From: a bacterium
GTDB taxonomy: Bacteria > Bacteroidota > Ignavibacteria > SZUA-365
DNA: 64,000 bases
Direction: 5' to 3'
Assembly: GCA_020444325.1 (NCBI GenBank)
Contig: JAHLLD010000014.1
Location: 41,410-105,409, forward strand
The first letter of the stretch is position 1, and each line of letters opens with the position of its first letter. Made by a program: the position numbers and the translations under genes. Of this stretch, positions 1 to 9,565 are shown one piece after another. The notes below the pieces were generated by a model. The model worked only from the letters and a program-made list of their open reading frames with translations. It made no database searches and was not told where the DNA came from.

Positions 1-171
1 GAGATCGAGCTGTCCGTGCACGTCGCTTCGCGCACGCGCGACCGGATCGCGGGACGTTGCAGCCACACCGACCACCGGGTTTCCGGTCTCTTCGTCGATA
101 ATGGTAAGTGTCTGTCCCATCGCCGCCGGAGCGACGAAAGACAGCACCGTGAATAAGAGCAAATACTTCAT
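1..171 (-). CDS. 5' end of an outer-membrane protein gene (signal peptide plus start of a carboxypeptidase-regulatory-like domain; probable TonB-dependent receptor), truncated by the window edge
   Basis: Not in the ORF track because it runs off the edge. The reverse complement from ATG at 171 reads MKYLLLFTVLSFVAPAAMGQTLTIIDEETGNPVVGVAATSRDPVARARSDVHGQLDL. This is a hydrophobic signal peptide followed by the QTLT-I-x-D-x-x-TG-x-P-V-x-GV pattern typical of CarboxypepD_reg N-termini of FCB-type TonB-dependent receptors. Confidence 0.4.
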   Translation of the reverse strand, partial: MKYLLLFTVLSFVAPAAMGQTLTIIDEETGNPVVGVAATSRDPVARARSDVHGQLDL

Positions 172-273
172 TCTTGCTGATCCTCGTAATGAAATAATGA
201 TCATGGAAAGCAGCAGGCGACGCGCGATACCATCCGGCACCACGTCGCTGCTCCCTGAAAAGATGTGAGAGGA

Positions 274-816
274 TCAGCCTCTTGGAGGGGGATCGGGAGG
301 GAGTTGGGGTCGGGAAATTGTCATGCGGGAATGCAACTGCGCATAAGTCGCCGAGTGCTCGGGGGACCGCAGCGAGGCTGCGGGTGACTGCAGAAAAGGT
401 GTGAGCAGCTGATGCAGCACGCGTTCACGGCTGCCCTGCCGGGCGGGATTGCTGCTGCTTTCTTCATGCGAAAGCTGATCGAGCTGTGCGAACACCGCAG
501 TTTCCTCATCATCGCGCACACAGAAATACCGCGTCATATCCCCTTCGCTTGCCGAGCGAACAACATCGTACATCACCCCGTCGCAGCGAAACTCGCGATC
601 ATGCTCCCATTCGACGGCGCGGCCATCGACACGCCGGCCATCGTCACGAATCAAAACCTGCACGAGGTCGGCGTCGGGGAGTCCCCGCATGATGGCATGC
701 TTGACTTCGCGTCGCACCTGCAGGAGCTGCAGCTGGAGGAAAAGCAACGGTCCCGCCGTCTGCAGCAGAAGCGCGGTCAGAAGAATACCGATACGAAGAT
801 GTTTGTAAGGAAGCAT
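274..816 (-). CDS. hypothetical N-terminally membrane-anchored protein
   Basis: 180-aa ORF with an ATG start. It has an N-terminal hydrophobic helix (RIGILLTALLLQTAGPLLFL) and then a charged soluble region. I recognise no family motif. The overlapping ORFs (321..521, 412..1029, 486..692) have shadow-like R/P/H-rich composition. Confidence 0.5.
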   Translation of the reverse strand: MLPYKHLRIGILLTALLLQTAGPLLFLQLQLLQVRREVKHAIMRGLPDADLVQVLIRDDGRRVDGRAVEWEHDREFRCDGVMYDVVRSASEGDMTRYFCVRDDEETAVFAQLDQLSHEESSSNPARQGSRERVLHQLLTPFLQSPAASLRSPEHSATYAQLHSRMTISRPQLPPDPPPRG

Positions 817-920
817 GAGAGCGATTTCGTGTGCAATTCAGCCAGAATTCTTCAACAGGAAGAATCAGTGCGAAATATCGCAATATTTCCGTCCATGTGG
901 AAGGTCAAAAGCGACGGCTG

Positions 921-1172
921 TCATCCCAGCCGTTCCGCACGCGACTGCATGAGCGAGGTATCCGCATCCATCATCTCCCTGCGCAATGGAACGGGACCCA
1001 GTTCCGCGCCGAAAAGCTCGAGCAGCTGATTCACCTTGTCCATCTGAAGACTCTCCTTCCCCTGCTCGAGATCCCTGACAAATCGCAGTCCCACCCCGGC
1101 CTTCCTCGCAGCTTCGACCTGCGTAAGTCCGTACCGTTTTCGCTGCGCTTTTACATATTCTCGCAATGTCAT
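921..1172 (-). CDS. XRE-family helix-turn-helix regulator, HipB/y4mF-like
   Basis: The 83-aa product MTLREYVKAQRKRYGLTQVEAARKAGVGLRFVRDLEQGKESLQMDKVNQLLELFG matches the y4mF/HipB-type pattern (R..GLTQ.E.A...GVG.RF...LE.GK....L.KV...L..LG). Confidence 0.8.
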   Translation of the reverse strand: MTLREYVKAQRKRYGLTQVEAARKAGVGLRFVRDLEQGKESLQMDKVNQLLELFGAELGPVPLRREMMDADTSLMQSRAERLG

Positions 1173-1415
1173 TGGCTTTCCTGTAAGTGCACGTACAATA
1201 ATATATCATTTCGGGTATAATAGCAAGGGATTTACAATATATTATACCTGTTCCAGTATAATTTTATATCAGAGACGCATTTTATACCCGCTATGGCATA
1301 GAGGCATAAGGTACTCCTGCAGGCTTACAGGTGGCTTTAGCGCTGTAACAAAACAGGGATTCGGGATATGACATCCGCACACTTCCCTTTCATATCTGGT
1401 AATCCATGACTTCAG

Positions 1416-1442
1416 GGAAATATGCACTTTCTGCATATTTCC
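1416..1442. repeat. palindromic intergenic element, copy 1 (GGAAATATGCA-CTTTC-TGCATATTTCC)
   Basis: Perfect 11-bp inverted repeat with a 5-nt spacer, read directly from the sequence. It lies in the 533-bp divergent intergenic region between 921..1172(-) and 1706..2392(+). A second hairpin, CACCCCTG-AAAA-CAGGGGTG, follows at about 1442..1461. Confidence 0.85.
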
Positions 1443-1705
1443 ACCCCTGAAAACAGGGGTGTGAATAATCTTTGGGGTGTGTGAGGATCATTCACGAGAT
1501 AAAAGCTCCTGATTACCGATTCCGGGCCGAATCCGGGGATTCCACATCTTGGCATTGTTCTTGCGACTGTACATGTAGAACCCATTCACCAGAGAAGGCG
1601 CCTCTCGAAACACCATTGTTACCAGGATAATAATTAACGCACCGCTGAAGCATGGAAGTCATGCGTCATGCTGCGATCCTGGAACGACGGCAGAAGGAGG
1701 ACCCC

Positions 1706-2392
1706 ATGAAACGCCTTTTCCACGCCCCTGCAACACTCATTCCCATTGTCCTGCTGCTTGCGTTGTTCACCCCAGAAGTGAACGCGCAGGCACCTCCCGC
1801 GCATGACGATTATGCCATCGTCGTGTTCAAATACAACAGCACTGTAAACATCTGGTCTCGTCCCGCGCCGGACGCGCCGTTCGACGTTGCAGCGAGGGGG
1901 AAGCTGTACCGGACGTTTCCGACGGGACCGAAGATTGCATACGGTGACGCCCGCATCCCTGAGGGTATTCACCGTGGGTGGATCCAGGAGGACGGGAGCA
2001 TACGCTTTTACGTTCAGGTCATTCCCGAAATGTTTGAGACCTATCACCTCGCGGGTCCCTCCCTTGACTACAACACCCTGCCCATGCATGAGGATATCTG
2101 GGAGCAGGTGAAGGAAGCTGCGCTGCAGATGCGCGATGCGGGACACCGCAATCTGGCACTCGTCATTCTGCCGGGGACGTTGGAAGAGGAAGTCGCGGAG
2201 AAACTCGCCAGAGCACGGAACGTACGCGAAGGACAGACGCTGGAAGACGTTCAGCGTTCATGTCAGCGATGGAAAGAGGTGGAGGAATACATGATACGCA
2301 CGGGACGCATCCCCATGCTCCGCTTCGACGGCGCAGACATTGAAATCATTGAAACGCAGCACCCTTCTCTCTCCATAGCCGGGACGCACTGA
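1706..2392 (+). CDS. hypothetical secreted protein
   Basis: The ORF track gives 1652..2392. I prefer ATG 1706, which follows AGGAGG (1695-1700) and yields the signal peptide MKRLFHAPATLIPIVLLLALFTPEVNA|QA. No family recognised. Confidence 0.6.
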   Translation: MKRLFHAPATLIPIVLLLALFTPEVNAQAPPAHDDYAIVVFKYNSTVNIWSRPAPDAPFDVAARGKLYRTFPTGPKIAYGDARIPEGIHRGWIQEDGSIRFYVQVIPEMFETYHLAGPSLDYNTLPMHEDIWEQVKEAALQMRDAGHRNLALVILPGTLEEEVAEKLARARNVREGQTLEDVQRSCQRWKEVEEYMIRTGRIPMLRFDGADIEIIETQHPSLSIAGTH

Positions 2393-2423
2393 GCGCGCAG
2401 ACGGTTCCTCAGCAAACCCGGCA

Positions 2424-2470
2424 AACCCCCGGATCCTTCACGCACTGCGTCAGGGTCCGGGGGTTTTCTG
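2424..2470 (+). terminator. probable intrinsic terminator
   Basis: AACCCCCGGA (2424-2433) pairs with TCCGGGGGTT (2456-2465) and is followed by TTTTCTGTTG. It sits between the convergent genes 1706..2392(+) and 2483..5026(-). Confidence 0.5.
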
Positions 2471-2482
2471 TTGTAAAAGTTG

Positions 2483-5026
2483 CTACTGCCGCATGATGCG
2501 TCGTGTCCAGCTGTCTTCTCCGCTCTGCACACGCAGGAGATACATGCCCGGCACGAAACTACTCATGTCGATTTGCTGCTGCAGCTGTGTGGAAGGCTGA
2601 GACTGTCGATGCTCGTAAAGCTGCTCGCCCAGCAGGTTGCTCACCGTGAGCGTCCATTGCACGGCTTTTTCCGAAGTGATCGCAACATGCACAAAGCCAT
2701 TATTGGGATCGGGATACACATCGAGCGCGGTAATGTAGGCGGGACGGTCGATACCGAGGGATTTGATTTCGAACGGATCGGAGATTGAGGAACAGCCATT
2801 GGGTCCCTGCACGAGCACCTGGTACACGCCTACTTCCAGCTCGTCAAGGTACTGATTGGTCTTGCCGGAAAGCCATCTGCCATCTTTTATCCACTGATAC
2901 CGTACCGCTTTGGATGAAACAAGTACGGGACCGTATTGTTCGATCACAGGTTTCGGGGGACGCTCTTCCACCCGTACCTGCACGGTATCGGTGAGTCCAA
3001 GACAACCTTCCTGTGTCCATACCCGTGCAAAATAACTGCCTTCCTGCGTCACGGTAATCATGCGTGATTGAGCGTTATTCGACCAGCGGTACGCTGCAAA
3101 CGCTCCGGCGTCGAGCACAACGGTATCACCCTCACAGATCGGGAGACTGCCGGTATACGAAATCACCGGGTGGGGTTCTTCCAGTCCCTCAATAGTAATA
3201 GTATCGGAAACCGCACGGCAGCCGCCAGCGCCTGTGACGGTAACAAAGTAGCTGCCTGACTCCGCGACAAGTATGCTCTGCGTCATCTTTCCGTTTGACC
3301 AGCGATACGATGCGAACGGTCCCCCGGCGACCTCAAGCAGCAGCGAATCCCCTGCACAGAACTGATATCCCCCTGAAGCGCTGTAGATATCCGGCTGCGG
3401 AATGGGGTACACGATGATGGATACCGTATTCGAGGTATCCTTCTTGCCCTGTGCATCGGTCACTTCCACCCAGTAATCCCCGGTTGTGCTGACAGTGATA
3501 GAGCGCGTGGTTTCGCTGGTTGACCACAGGTATCCTGCATAGCCATCCGGTGCGGTGAGCTGCCTTGTCTCGCCTTCGCACAACTCGGTCGAACCGCTGT
3601 ACTCGATATATGGTCCTGCTCCCAACATGATGCGTACGGAACCGGAGATAGGGATTCCCTTGATACAGCCCATGGAAAAATCTATATCGGAAAGCGTGAC
3701 ATCCGTCGTCACTTCCTGCGTCACTGCTGCAGTGGTGAAACTCAATGCGCCGAGGACGCCGGACATGGGGAGTTCAACCGGGACAAAAAGATGGAGCAGC
3801 ACCCTGTTTCCGTGGCGCGTTTCCACCACCATTTTTCCATCAAGCAGGTAGCCATCGGTACGGAAGCCATTGAACGTGAGTTTGCTGGAATCATAATCCA
3901 CCGTGAACTCCACAGGATGCAGAGGATTTGATGGCAGCTGATCTATGCGAAGCGGCACGAGGACAGATGACTGCTGCGCCCCCACTACATGATCCAGCCT
4001 GATGGGAATAGTCTCGAACGTCGTCGTATCCATCGGCGCCTGGTATTCTCTGAGTCTGGCATCGGAGCCGCCACAGACACCGTCCACCGACAGGTGGGTG
4101 GAATGTGTTGCGCCGTCCGCACAATCCCTCTCATACGTAATCACGCACTCGTGAAAACCCTCGAAAATGATTGTGCATATCTCCTCGAACATTGCGGTGA
4201 GGTCTCCCGGGTCGGATGTCTGATAAAAGCGTCCCCCTGTCTCCTGTGCAATCCTCTGGAGATCGGATGTATCCATGAACTGGGTCAGTGCCACGGTGAA
4301 CACCCGGATGTGATTCCTGGATGCAAGCCTGATGATTTCGTCCGGTGTTCTTGTGGACTGGTTGTCCGCCCCATCAGTCAGCACAACAACACTCCGACAC
4401 TGGTTCACCCCGTTATTGATAATCTCAATAACGCCGGCATAGGCACCGTCCCACACCGCTGTCCCGCCACCCGCGGGCAGACCATCCACCGCCGAGAGCA
4501 GCAGTGGTTTTAGCGTGGTCATCTGCTGGGCAATGTTCACTGTCGTATTGAACCAAATGATAGTAGCCTCGTCGAGCACGCCGTCCATACGATCGATGAA
4601 CGCCCTGCCCGCAGCCTTCGTGCCTGCATTCCCGGCACCGGACATACTGCCGCTGGCATCCAGCACAATCGCGGTCGACATGGGACAGCGGACGGATGTA
4701 TCCGGGCATGAGAGCGTAAAATCCGGCACCTCCAGATTGTCTTCGACGACCTTGAAAGAGGATTTCGGGATATTGTTCTGGAGTGTCCCGTTGCAGCGGA
4801 CATTGAAGTACAGTTCGACCATCGGCCAGATTACGCTGACGCGTTTGAAGTCCAACTCCACCGCGGCCGCCGTTCCGACCGGAGTCTGTACGGCATTTTC
4901 GACATCTGTCTTCTTCAGGGAATCAGCCCTCGTCTCATCATTCCCCAACATCGCCGATGCTGCAACAGGCAGCATCAACATACACATCACGCACAGAACC
5001 GTCTGCAGGATGGTACTCTGTTTCAT
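2483..5026 (-). CDS. vWA-domain protein with Ig-like repeats and a T9SS C-terminal sorting domain
   Basis: The ORF track gives 2483..5104. I prefer ATG 5026 (GGAGGG upstream), which gives MKQSTILQTVLCVMCMLMLPVAASA. The vWA MIDAS motifs are VLDASGSMSG, TAVWDG and VVLTDGADNQS. Four repeats of about 60 aa follow the pattern C.G(D/E)...L.A.....Y.WS......I.V...G.Y.V.V....GC. The C-terminus (YPDPNNGFVHVAI...GMYLLRVQSGEDSWTRRIMRQ) resembles TIGR04183-type sorting domains. Confidence 0.85.
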   Translation of the reverse strand: MKQSTILQTVLCVMCMLMLPVAASAMLGNDETRADSLKKTDVENAVQTPVGTAAAVELDFKRVSVIWPMVELYFNVRCNGTLQNNIPKSSFKVVEDNLEVPDFTLSCPDTSVRCPMSTAIVLDASGSMSGAGNAGTKAAGRAFIDRMDGVLDEATIIWFNTTVNIAQQMTTLKPLLLSAVDGLPAGGGTAVWDGAYAGVIEIINNGVNQCRSVVVLTDGADNQSTRTPDEIIRLASRNHIRVFTVALTQFMDTSDLQRIAQETGGRFYQTSDPGDLTAMFEEICTIIFEGFHECVITYERDCADGATHSTHLSVDGVCGGSDARLREYQAPMDTTTFETIPIRLDHVVGAQQSSVLVPLRIDQLPSNPLHPVEFTVDYDSSKLTFNGFRTDGYLLDGKMVVETRHGNRVLLHLFVPVELPMSGVLGALSFTTAAVTQEVTTDVTLSDIDFSMGCIKGIPISGSVRIMLGAGPYIEYSGSTELCEGETRQLTAPDGYAGYLWSTSETTRSITVSTTGDYWVEVTDAQGKKDTSNTVSIIVYPIPQPDIYSASGGYQFCAGDSLLLEVAGGPFASYRWSNGKMTQSILVAESGSYFVTVTGAGGCRAVSDTITIEGLEEPHPVISYTGSLPICEGDTVVLDAGAFAAYRWSNNAQSRMITVTQEGSYFARVWTQEGCLGLTDTVQVRVEERPPKPVIEQYGPVLVSSKAVRYQWIKDGRWLSGKTNQYLDELEVGVYQVLVQGPNGCSSISDPFEIKSLGIDRPAYITALDVYPDPNNGFVHVAITSEKAVQWTLTVSNLLGEQLYEHRQSQPSTQLQQQIDMSSFVPGMYLLRVQSGEDSWTRRIMRQ

Positions 5027-5121
5027 GGCAACCCTCCACTTGAATACAAATAAACGAGCAAGTATATGAATGGTAGTATCTAATCCAGAAAGAACCAATT
5101 CCACTACGCATCAGCAAAGCA

Positions 5122-5146
5122 GAATTATGCAGGAAGTGCATAATTC
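5122..5146. repeat. palindromic intergenic element, copy 2 (GAATTATGCA-GGAAG-TGCATAATTC)
   Basis: Perfect 10-bp inverted repeat with a 5-nt spacer. It lies in the divergent region between 2483..5026(-) and the first gene of the four-paralog array. Confidence 0.85.
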
Positions 5147-5229
5147 AAGCATGGTGATATGGGAATGATTACTATGGACTTGTGTCCATTGAAGGAATCG
5201 GTCTGCTTCCAAAACGTATATTTCCGTTC

Positions 5230-6432
5230 ATGCTCCGTACTACGTCCATCATTGCGTTCGTTATGCTCCTCTGCATCCCGCTGCACGCACAGGATGGCGC
5301 TGGATTCAGTTGGGACAGACGGCGTCTGTCAGACAACAACCCCAGGGTTGCAATTGAACTTGATCGAGGGGAGTGGATATATGGAAGGATCGTTGCAGCT
5401 ACTGCGGAGAAGCTGATAGTCTGGCAGGATGAGGGTGTCTTTCGCGCAGATGAAATCAACGCAAAGCTCCTGGGGATACCCCACGAGCAAGTAAATAAGA
5501 TCCTGCTTCCGATACCCGGGAAATCAGAAACCGGGTTGTACTGGATCGCGGGAGTGGCAGCAGTGGCATTGGATCCATCGCTTACAGAGGAATGGAGCGC
5601 TGTGAGATTGATTGTGTCTGCTCTTAGCGTCGGGGCTGTCGCAGGAATGGTGTCCAGCACTTCTGGACTCAGTTCAAAATCTACGGCAGAGCTTCACTAC
5701 CGCGCAGGATATCGCGCGGAATTTGGAGAGCACCCACTCTTCCAGGTCATGAATTTTGAGCAGACGCTCCCGCCGGAAGCGATGCGCCAGCTCGGACTGG
5801 GATCGACGGAGGACCTGCTGTCCGTAGAAGACCCCGTCTTTCCTTACGTGCTCACGCGAGACAGCACCGAAAGTGTGCCCCAAAGCGGACTCCATATGGC
5901 ATTTGATCAGGTACTGATTCGCACCGATTCATACGTTGGTGGACATACGCTGCTCAGTCTGGAATACGATTGGTGGCCAGCGTTGCTTCAGCATGGGAGT
6001 CTGGGGATCGGAGGCGCCGTGAGCGCTGGTGTTGGCTACAATGGGACGTTGACTCTCGAGAGCCTTGCTGCTGCGCGAATGGGCAGCTTTCACCTGGCAG
6101 GCGGATTGCGATTCATGCACTTCCCCTTTCCCCTCGTGGATGAAGAATCGACATTCCGGGAAAGCCAGTTCAGCACTCATTATACAACGACATCCGAGTT
6201 GCAGGAGAACCGTCCTGCCGACATCCGCGGCGATCTCTACTCTTCGTTCGGTATTGGCTTCAGAATGCAGCGCGTACAGTTGCGCGTCCAACTTCTTCGA
6301 CAGATCGCGCCTTCCGTTCATATCGAATCACATCGATCCGGCAATCAGTATCCCCCAACCGATCCATATGGAAGTATCACGGACGGTATCCGCCTGACAG
6401 CCATCTCCATATCCGCGGGAATCATTTTTTGA
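5230..6432 (+). CDS. uncharacterised envelope protein, paralog 1 of 4
   Basis: The ORF track gives 5182..6432 with a GTG start. ATG 5230 gives the signal peptide MLRTTSIIAFVMLLCIPLHA|QDG. The C-terminal ~200 aa align by eye with the next three genes (YDWWPALL.., ENRPADIRGDLYSSFGIGF, LLRQIAPSVHIE). The protein ends LTAISISAGIIF, which resembles an OMP beta-signal. Confidence 0.75.
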   Translation: MLRTTSIIAFVMLLCIPLHAQDGAGFSWDRRRLSDNNPRVAIELDRGEWIYGRIVAATAEKLIVWQDEGVFRADEINAKLLGIPHEQVNKILLPIPGKSETGLYWIAGVAAVALDPSLTEEWSAVRLIVSALSVGAVAGMVSSTSGLSSKSTAELHYRAGYRAEFGEHPLFQVMNFEQTLPPEAMRQLGLGSTEDLLSVEDPVFPYVLTRDSTESVPQSGLHMAFDQVLIRTDSYVGGHTLLSLEYDWWPALLQHGSLGIGGAVSAGVGYNGTLTLESLAAARMGSFHLAGGLRFMHFPFPLVDEESTFRESQFSTHYTTTSELQENRPADIRGDLYSSFGIGFRMQRVQLRVQLLRQIAPSVHIESHRSGNQYPPTDPYGSITDGIRLTAISISAGIIF

Positions 6433-8006
6433 GTCAACAGCGCCGACCATATCGCCCCCCGAGAATTCTACCAACTCTCGTGCTCATGATCGCCTTGCAG
6501 AGCATCCACCTGCACGCACAGGATGAAACCGGCGCCCCCTACGACCTCCCCCGCGTGGGCTCGGAGCTGGATCTGAATGAGATCAGGTATTTCCAACTGT
6601 TCCCGTATCTTTATGTTGAGGATGGGAAGAGGGATGTCCACGTGAATGCAATGTGGAATGGGAAGGATTCGGTTGATTTCATCGTAGCAGGAACGGATTT
6701 GCCGGAGGATGCCGCAACGCGTCGTACTATTTCTGTGCGCGCTGGAGAGGTACTTCATACGCTGATCAAGAAGTTTGAAGAATTCGCCTGCTGCATGTCG
6801 CCATATTTGTTTTACTACTCCGATATGCTTGCGGACTCTCTCCGACCTTATACCACTGAGTTACGGCAAAAGGGCATCGTCGGTTCTCGGTGGAAGGCGG
6901 TGCTTGAAACACGGGATTTGAAAAAGCTTCGAATCGTTCTTCGTAACGATGAACAGCGAGAGGGAGTGGTCCTGGGATTCACGAATCGTCGATTGATCTT
7001 GTGGGGAGACAAAACGAAGTTCGATCCGGACAGTATTCAGGAAAAGGTCTTCAGTGTAATGCACGATAATGTGCGATACATACTGTACGGCGAAGATGAT
7101 CATAATACAGCGGGATTGTTCGGACTGACTTTGGGACTCTCATTGTCTTTCGCACCTGAATTCACGAGAGAAGCTCAAACGGATGGTTATGCAGGAAGTA
7201 TTATCGCCCGCGTATTGCTCGTGGGACTTGGATTGACGGCTTTCGCAATTGCGACTGAGCGAGATTTTCGCTTCGACCATACGGAAAATTCTGCCACCCA
7301 CGTGAGTGAACTGTCATTCGCTGAACAACCGGGACTCATGCAAGGCTTCCCACCGGAGTTGCTTGATTATCTGGGATTCGAAGCTCAGGAGCGTTTGCTC
7401 ACATCAGGAGACTCGTGGCTGCCATATGCGAAAGGAGTTCCTGCAGAGACCGATGTATCAACGGACGTACTTCACCTGGGATTTGATCACCTCATCATTC
7501 ATACGGATGGAGCTTGCTGCAGCTCCGGTTTCGTGAGCCTGGACTATGGCTGGTGGCCTGAATACCTTCATAGCGAAGCTATTTCCCTGGGCAGTGTACT
7601 GCGTGGAGGCGTGGCTTTTTCCGGCTCCGTTTCAGCGGAGGCAAGCCTGGCAAGCAAACTCGGTCCTCTCGAATTCTCCGCTGGAATGCGTTTTCTGCAT
7701 TTCACCAATCCACTTCTTAAGGAACGCAGAGACTGGCGAAGTTTTTCGAGTTCCGGGTCACATAATGAATTTCAGGAAAACCGTCCCGATGACATCGGTG
7801 GGAAGCTCTATACCTCATTTGGTTTCGGATTCACACACCACCGTCTGCAGGTTCGCCTGCGATTCCTGCAGCAGCTGACTCCCTCTGTCCACATTAAAAC
7901 TACGTCGACGCAAAGCAGTACCTCGCAACCAACGTCTACCTGGACGGACGAGCGCACCGGAATCCAGCTGACCGCATATTCAATATCCGCGGCACTTCAA
8001 CTATAA
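6429..8006 (+). CDS. uncharacterised envelope protein, paralog 2 of 4
   Basis: The TTG start overlaps the stop of paralog 1 by 4 nt. The signal peptide ends HLHA|QDE and is followed by the conserved GAPYDLPRVGSELDLNEIRYFQLFP. Two Gly-rich hydrophobic segments follow (GLFGLTLGLSLSF, IIARVLLVGLGLTAFAIA). The C-terminal block contains ENRPDDIGGKLYTSFGFGF...FLQQLTPSVHIK...LTAYSISAALQL. Confidence 0.8.
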   Translation: MSQQRRPYRPPRILPTLVLMIALQSIHLHAQDETGAPYDLPRVGSELDLNEIRYFQLFPYLYVEDGKRDVHVNAMWNGKDSVDFIVAGTDLPEDAATRRTISVRAGEVLHTLIKKFEEFACCMSPYLFYYSDMLADSLRPYTTELRQKGIVGSRWKAVLETRDLKKLRIVLRNDEQREGVVLGFTNRRLILWGDKTKFDPDSIQEKVFSVMHDNVRYILYGEDDHNTAGLFGLTLGLSLSFAPEFTREAQTDGYAGSIIARVLLVGLGLTAFAIATERDFRFDHTENSATHVSELSFAEQPGLMQGFPPELLDYLGFEAQERLLTSGDSWLPYAKGVPAETDVSTDVLHLGFDHLIIHTDGACCSSGFVSLDYGWWPEYLHSEAISLGSVLRGGVAFSGSVSAEASLASKLGPLEFSAGMRFLHFTNPLLKERRDWRSFSSSGSHNEFQENRPDDIGGKLYTSFGFGFTHHRLQVRLRFLQQLTPSVHIKTTSTQSSTSQPTSTWTDERTGIQLTAYSISAALQL

Positions 8007-8036
8007 GGGCTGCTGCACAGTGCTCCATGGAAGAAC

Positions 8037-9530
8037 ATGAACTGTAAAATTCTGATAGCAATCATCTCACTCCTCCCCTTTGTTCACGTGCACGCTCAGG
8101 ATAAGGCCGGCGCCCCCTACGACCTCCCCCGCGTGGGCTCGGAGCTGGATCTGAATGAGATTCGGTATTTCCAGTTATTCCCGCAGCTGGAACAGGATGA
8201 CTTGATGGACGAAGCCGCCGTGCTGTTGACTTCGGCTGGATTGGATTCCGTTCGTTTCCAGCTGGATGCGACGGAGGGAACAGAGCGATATCGCAAATCA
8301 ATAGTTATCTCGCATGATGCTGCCGAGGTGCTCGCGATATTGCTGCGGGACTTTGAGGACATCCTGATGGGACACACACCATCTACCTTCTTCGCCTCGA
8401 AGTTCGTGCCGGATTCATTACGCATGGCCGGACTGGAATTATGGACAGCAAAGGTGTTGCCTGCATTCTGGTCGGAGCTGCCTTATGAAATCAAGGAAGC
8501 CACTCTGGACGTCGCGTTGTATGACGGAACTCGCATTGCAGGAAAACTGATGGGAATCACCAACCATCGCCTCTTGCTGTGGCGTGGTATAAATCAGTGG
8601 CATCCCGAAAGCACCCGCGACTCGCTCGAAGCGATCCCGCATGAAAGGATATTGAGCATTACCGCGCATAGCGAGGAAAGAGTTTCAGTGGGATTGTTCG
8701 GCTTGCTGCTCGGTGCATTCCTCCCCCATGCCGGAGACCATAACTACAGAGGGTCCATGGAATTCTGGAGCATACTCGCAGGACCTACGGTGGGCGCCTT
8801 CGGCTTCCTTGTACCGATGGAGCACCCTCTGCATTCGGATTTCAGCATGGACTCCAGCACAGAGCTTTCAGGACTGCTTTTTCTTCAGCATCACTACCCT
8901 GGACGTGGTTTCCCACCGGAGATCCCCCGGATGTTCAGCATTGGTGATACGGAGCTGTTTCTTACACATCCTGCCGATAAGCTTCCATACATAAACCGGC
9001 TGCGATTCAGCATGACGAGGCCCACACACGCGTTCAGTATTGGATATGAAGCCAACTGGTTCACCGGAACGCATTTTTATTTTTTCCGTCTGCTGGCTGC
9101 CTTGCAGTACAACTGGTGGCCCGAGTTCCTGCAGCGACGCACTGCAGGAGCAGGTGGGTACCTGCGTTCCGGTCTCGATTTCCGGGGCATGACGTATGCG
9201 GAAACGGGACTGGCTGGCCGGGGCGGCATGCTTGAATTCAGCGCTGGAATCCGCTACATCAGTATGCCGGAGGTGATGGATGAGTCCTGGAGCGAGGTCC
9301 ACCTCAACACTGCCAATGGATTCAGTGGTACGCTCTATTCATCGTTCAGCGTTTCCTACACAATCTACCATGTACAGCTGCGGCTGCACACGCTGTATCA
9401 ACTCACACCCTCCGTTGTAAGAAGTCATTACATGTATGACGAACAGCGCCCAGGGCGATTCTTCTCCGGCACGACAGAAACCGGGGAACCGCTGACAGCT
9501 ATCGGGTTTTCCACACAGCTAAGATTCTGA
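8037..9530 (+). CDS. uncharacterised envelope protein, paralog 3 of 4
   Basis: ATG start. The signal peptide ends HVHA|QDK and is followed by GAPYDLPRVGSELDLNEIRYFQLFP. The C-terminus contains YNWWPEFL..., LYSSFSVSY...LYQLTPSV and ends LTAIGFSTQLRF. Confidence 0.8.
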   Translation: MNCKILIAIISLLPFVHVHAQDKAGAPYDLPRVGSELDLNEIRYFQLFPQLEQDDLMDEAAVLLTSAGLDSVRFQLDATEGTERYRKSIVISHDAAEVLAILLRDFEDILMGHTPSTFFASKFVPDSLRMAGLELWTAKVLPAFWSELPYEIKEATLDVALYDGTRIAGKLMGITNHRLLLWRGINQWHPESTRDSLEAIPHERILSITAHSEERVSVGLFGLLLGAFLPHAGDHNYRGSMEFWSILAGPTVGAFGFLVPMEHPLHSDFSMDSSTELSGLLFLQHHYPGRGFPPEIPRMFSIGDTELFLTHPADKLPYINRLRFSMTRPTHAFSIGYEANWFTGTHFYFFRLLAALQYNWWPEFLQRRTAGAGGYLRSGLDFRGMTYAETGLAGRGGMLEFSAGIRYISMPEVMDESWSEVHLNTANGFSGTLYSSFSVSYTIYHVQLRLHTLYQLTPSVVRSHYMYDEQRPGRFFSGTTETGEPLTAIGFSTQLRF

Positions 9531-9565
9531 ACCCGATTTTGACAACCGATATTTCGCGTTCTGAT

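Noticed and set aside
4938-5141. ORFs that begin MHFLHN, MQKLH or MQFLH: 4938-5141, the first 43 codons of 37731-38858, internal parts of 21001-21288 and 24733-24939, and 36934-37263.
   Set aside because: Their start codons are the ATGCA of the palindromic element itself. The similar N-terminal peptides are a by-product of the DNA repeat, not a protein family.
7187-7200. TTATGCAGGAAGTA inside paralog 2 matches the left arm and spacer of palindrome copy 2. A degenerate ATATGTAGAAAC also occurs at 43526-43537.
   Set aside because: Neither has the right arm (TGCATAA), so there is no dyad. They are most likely chance half-matches.
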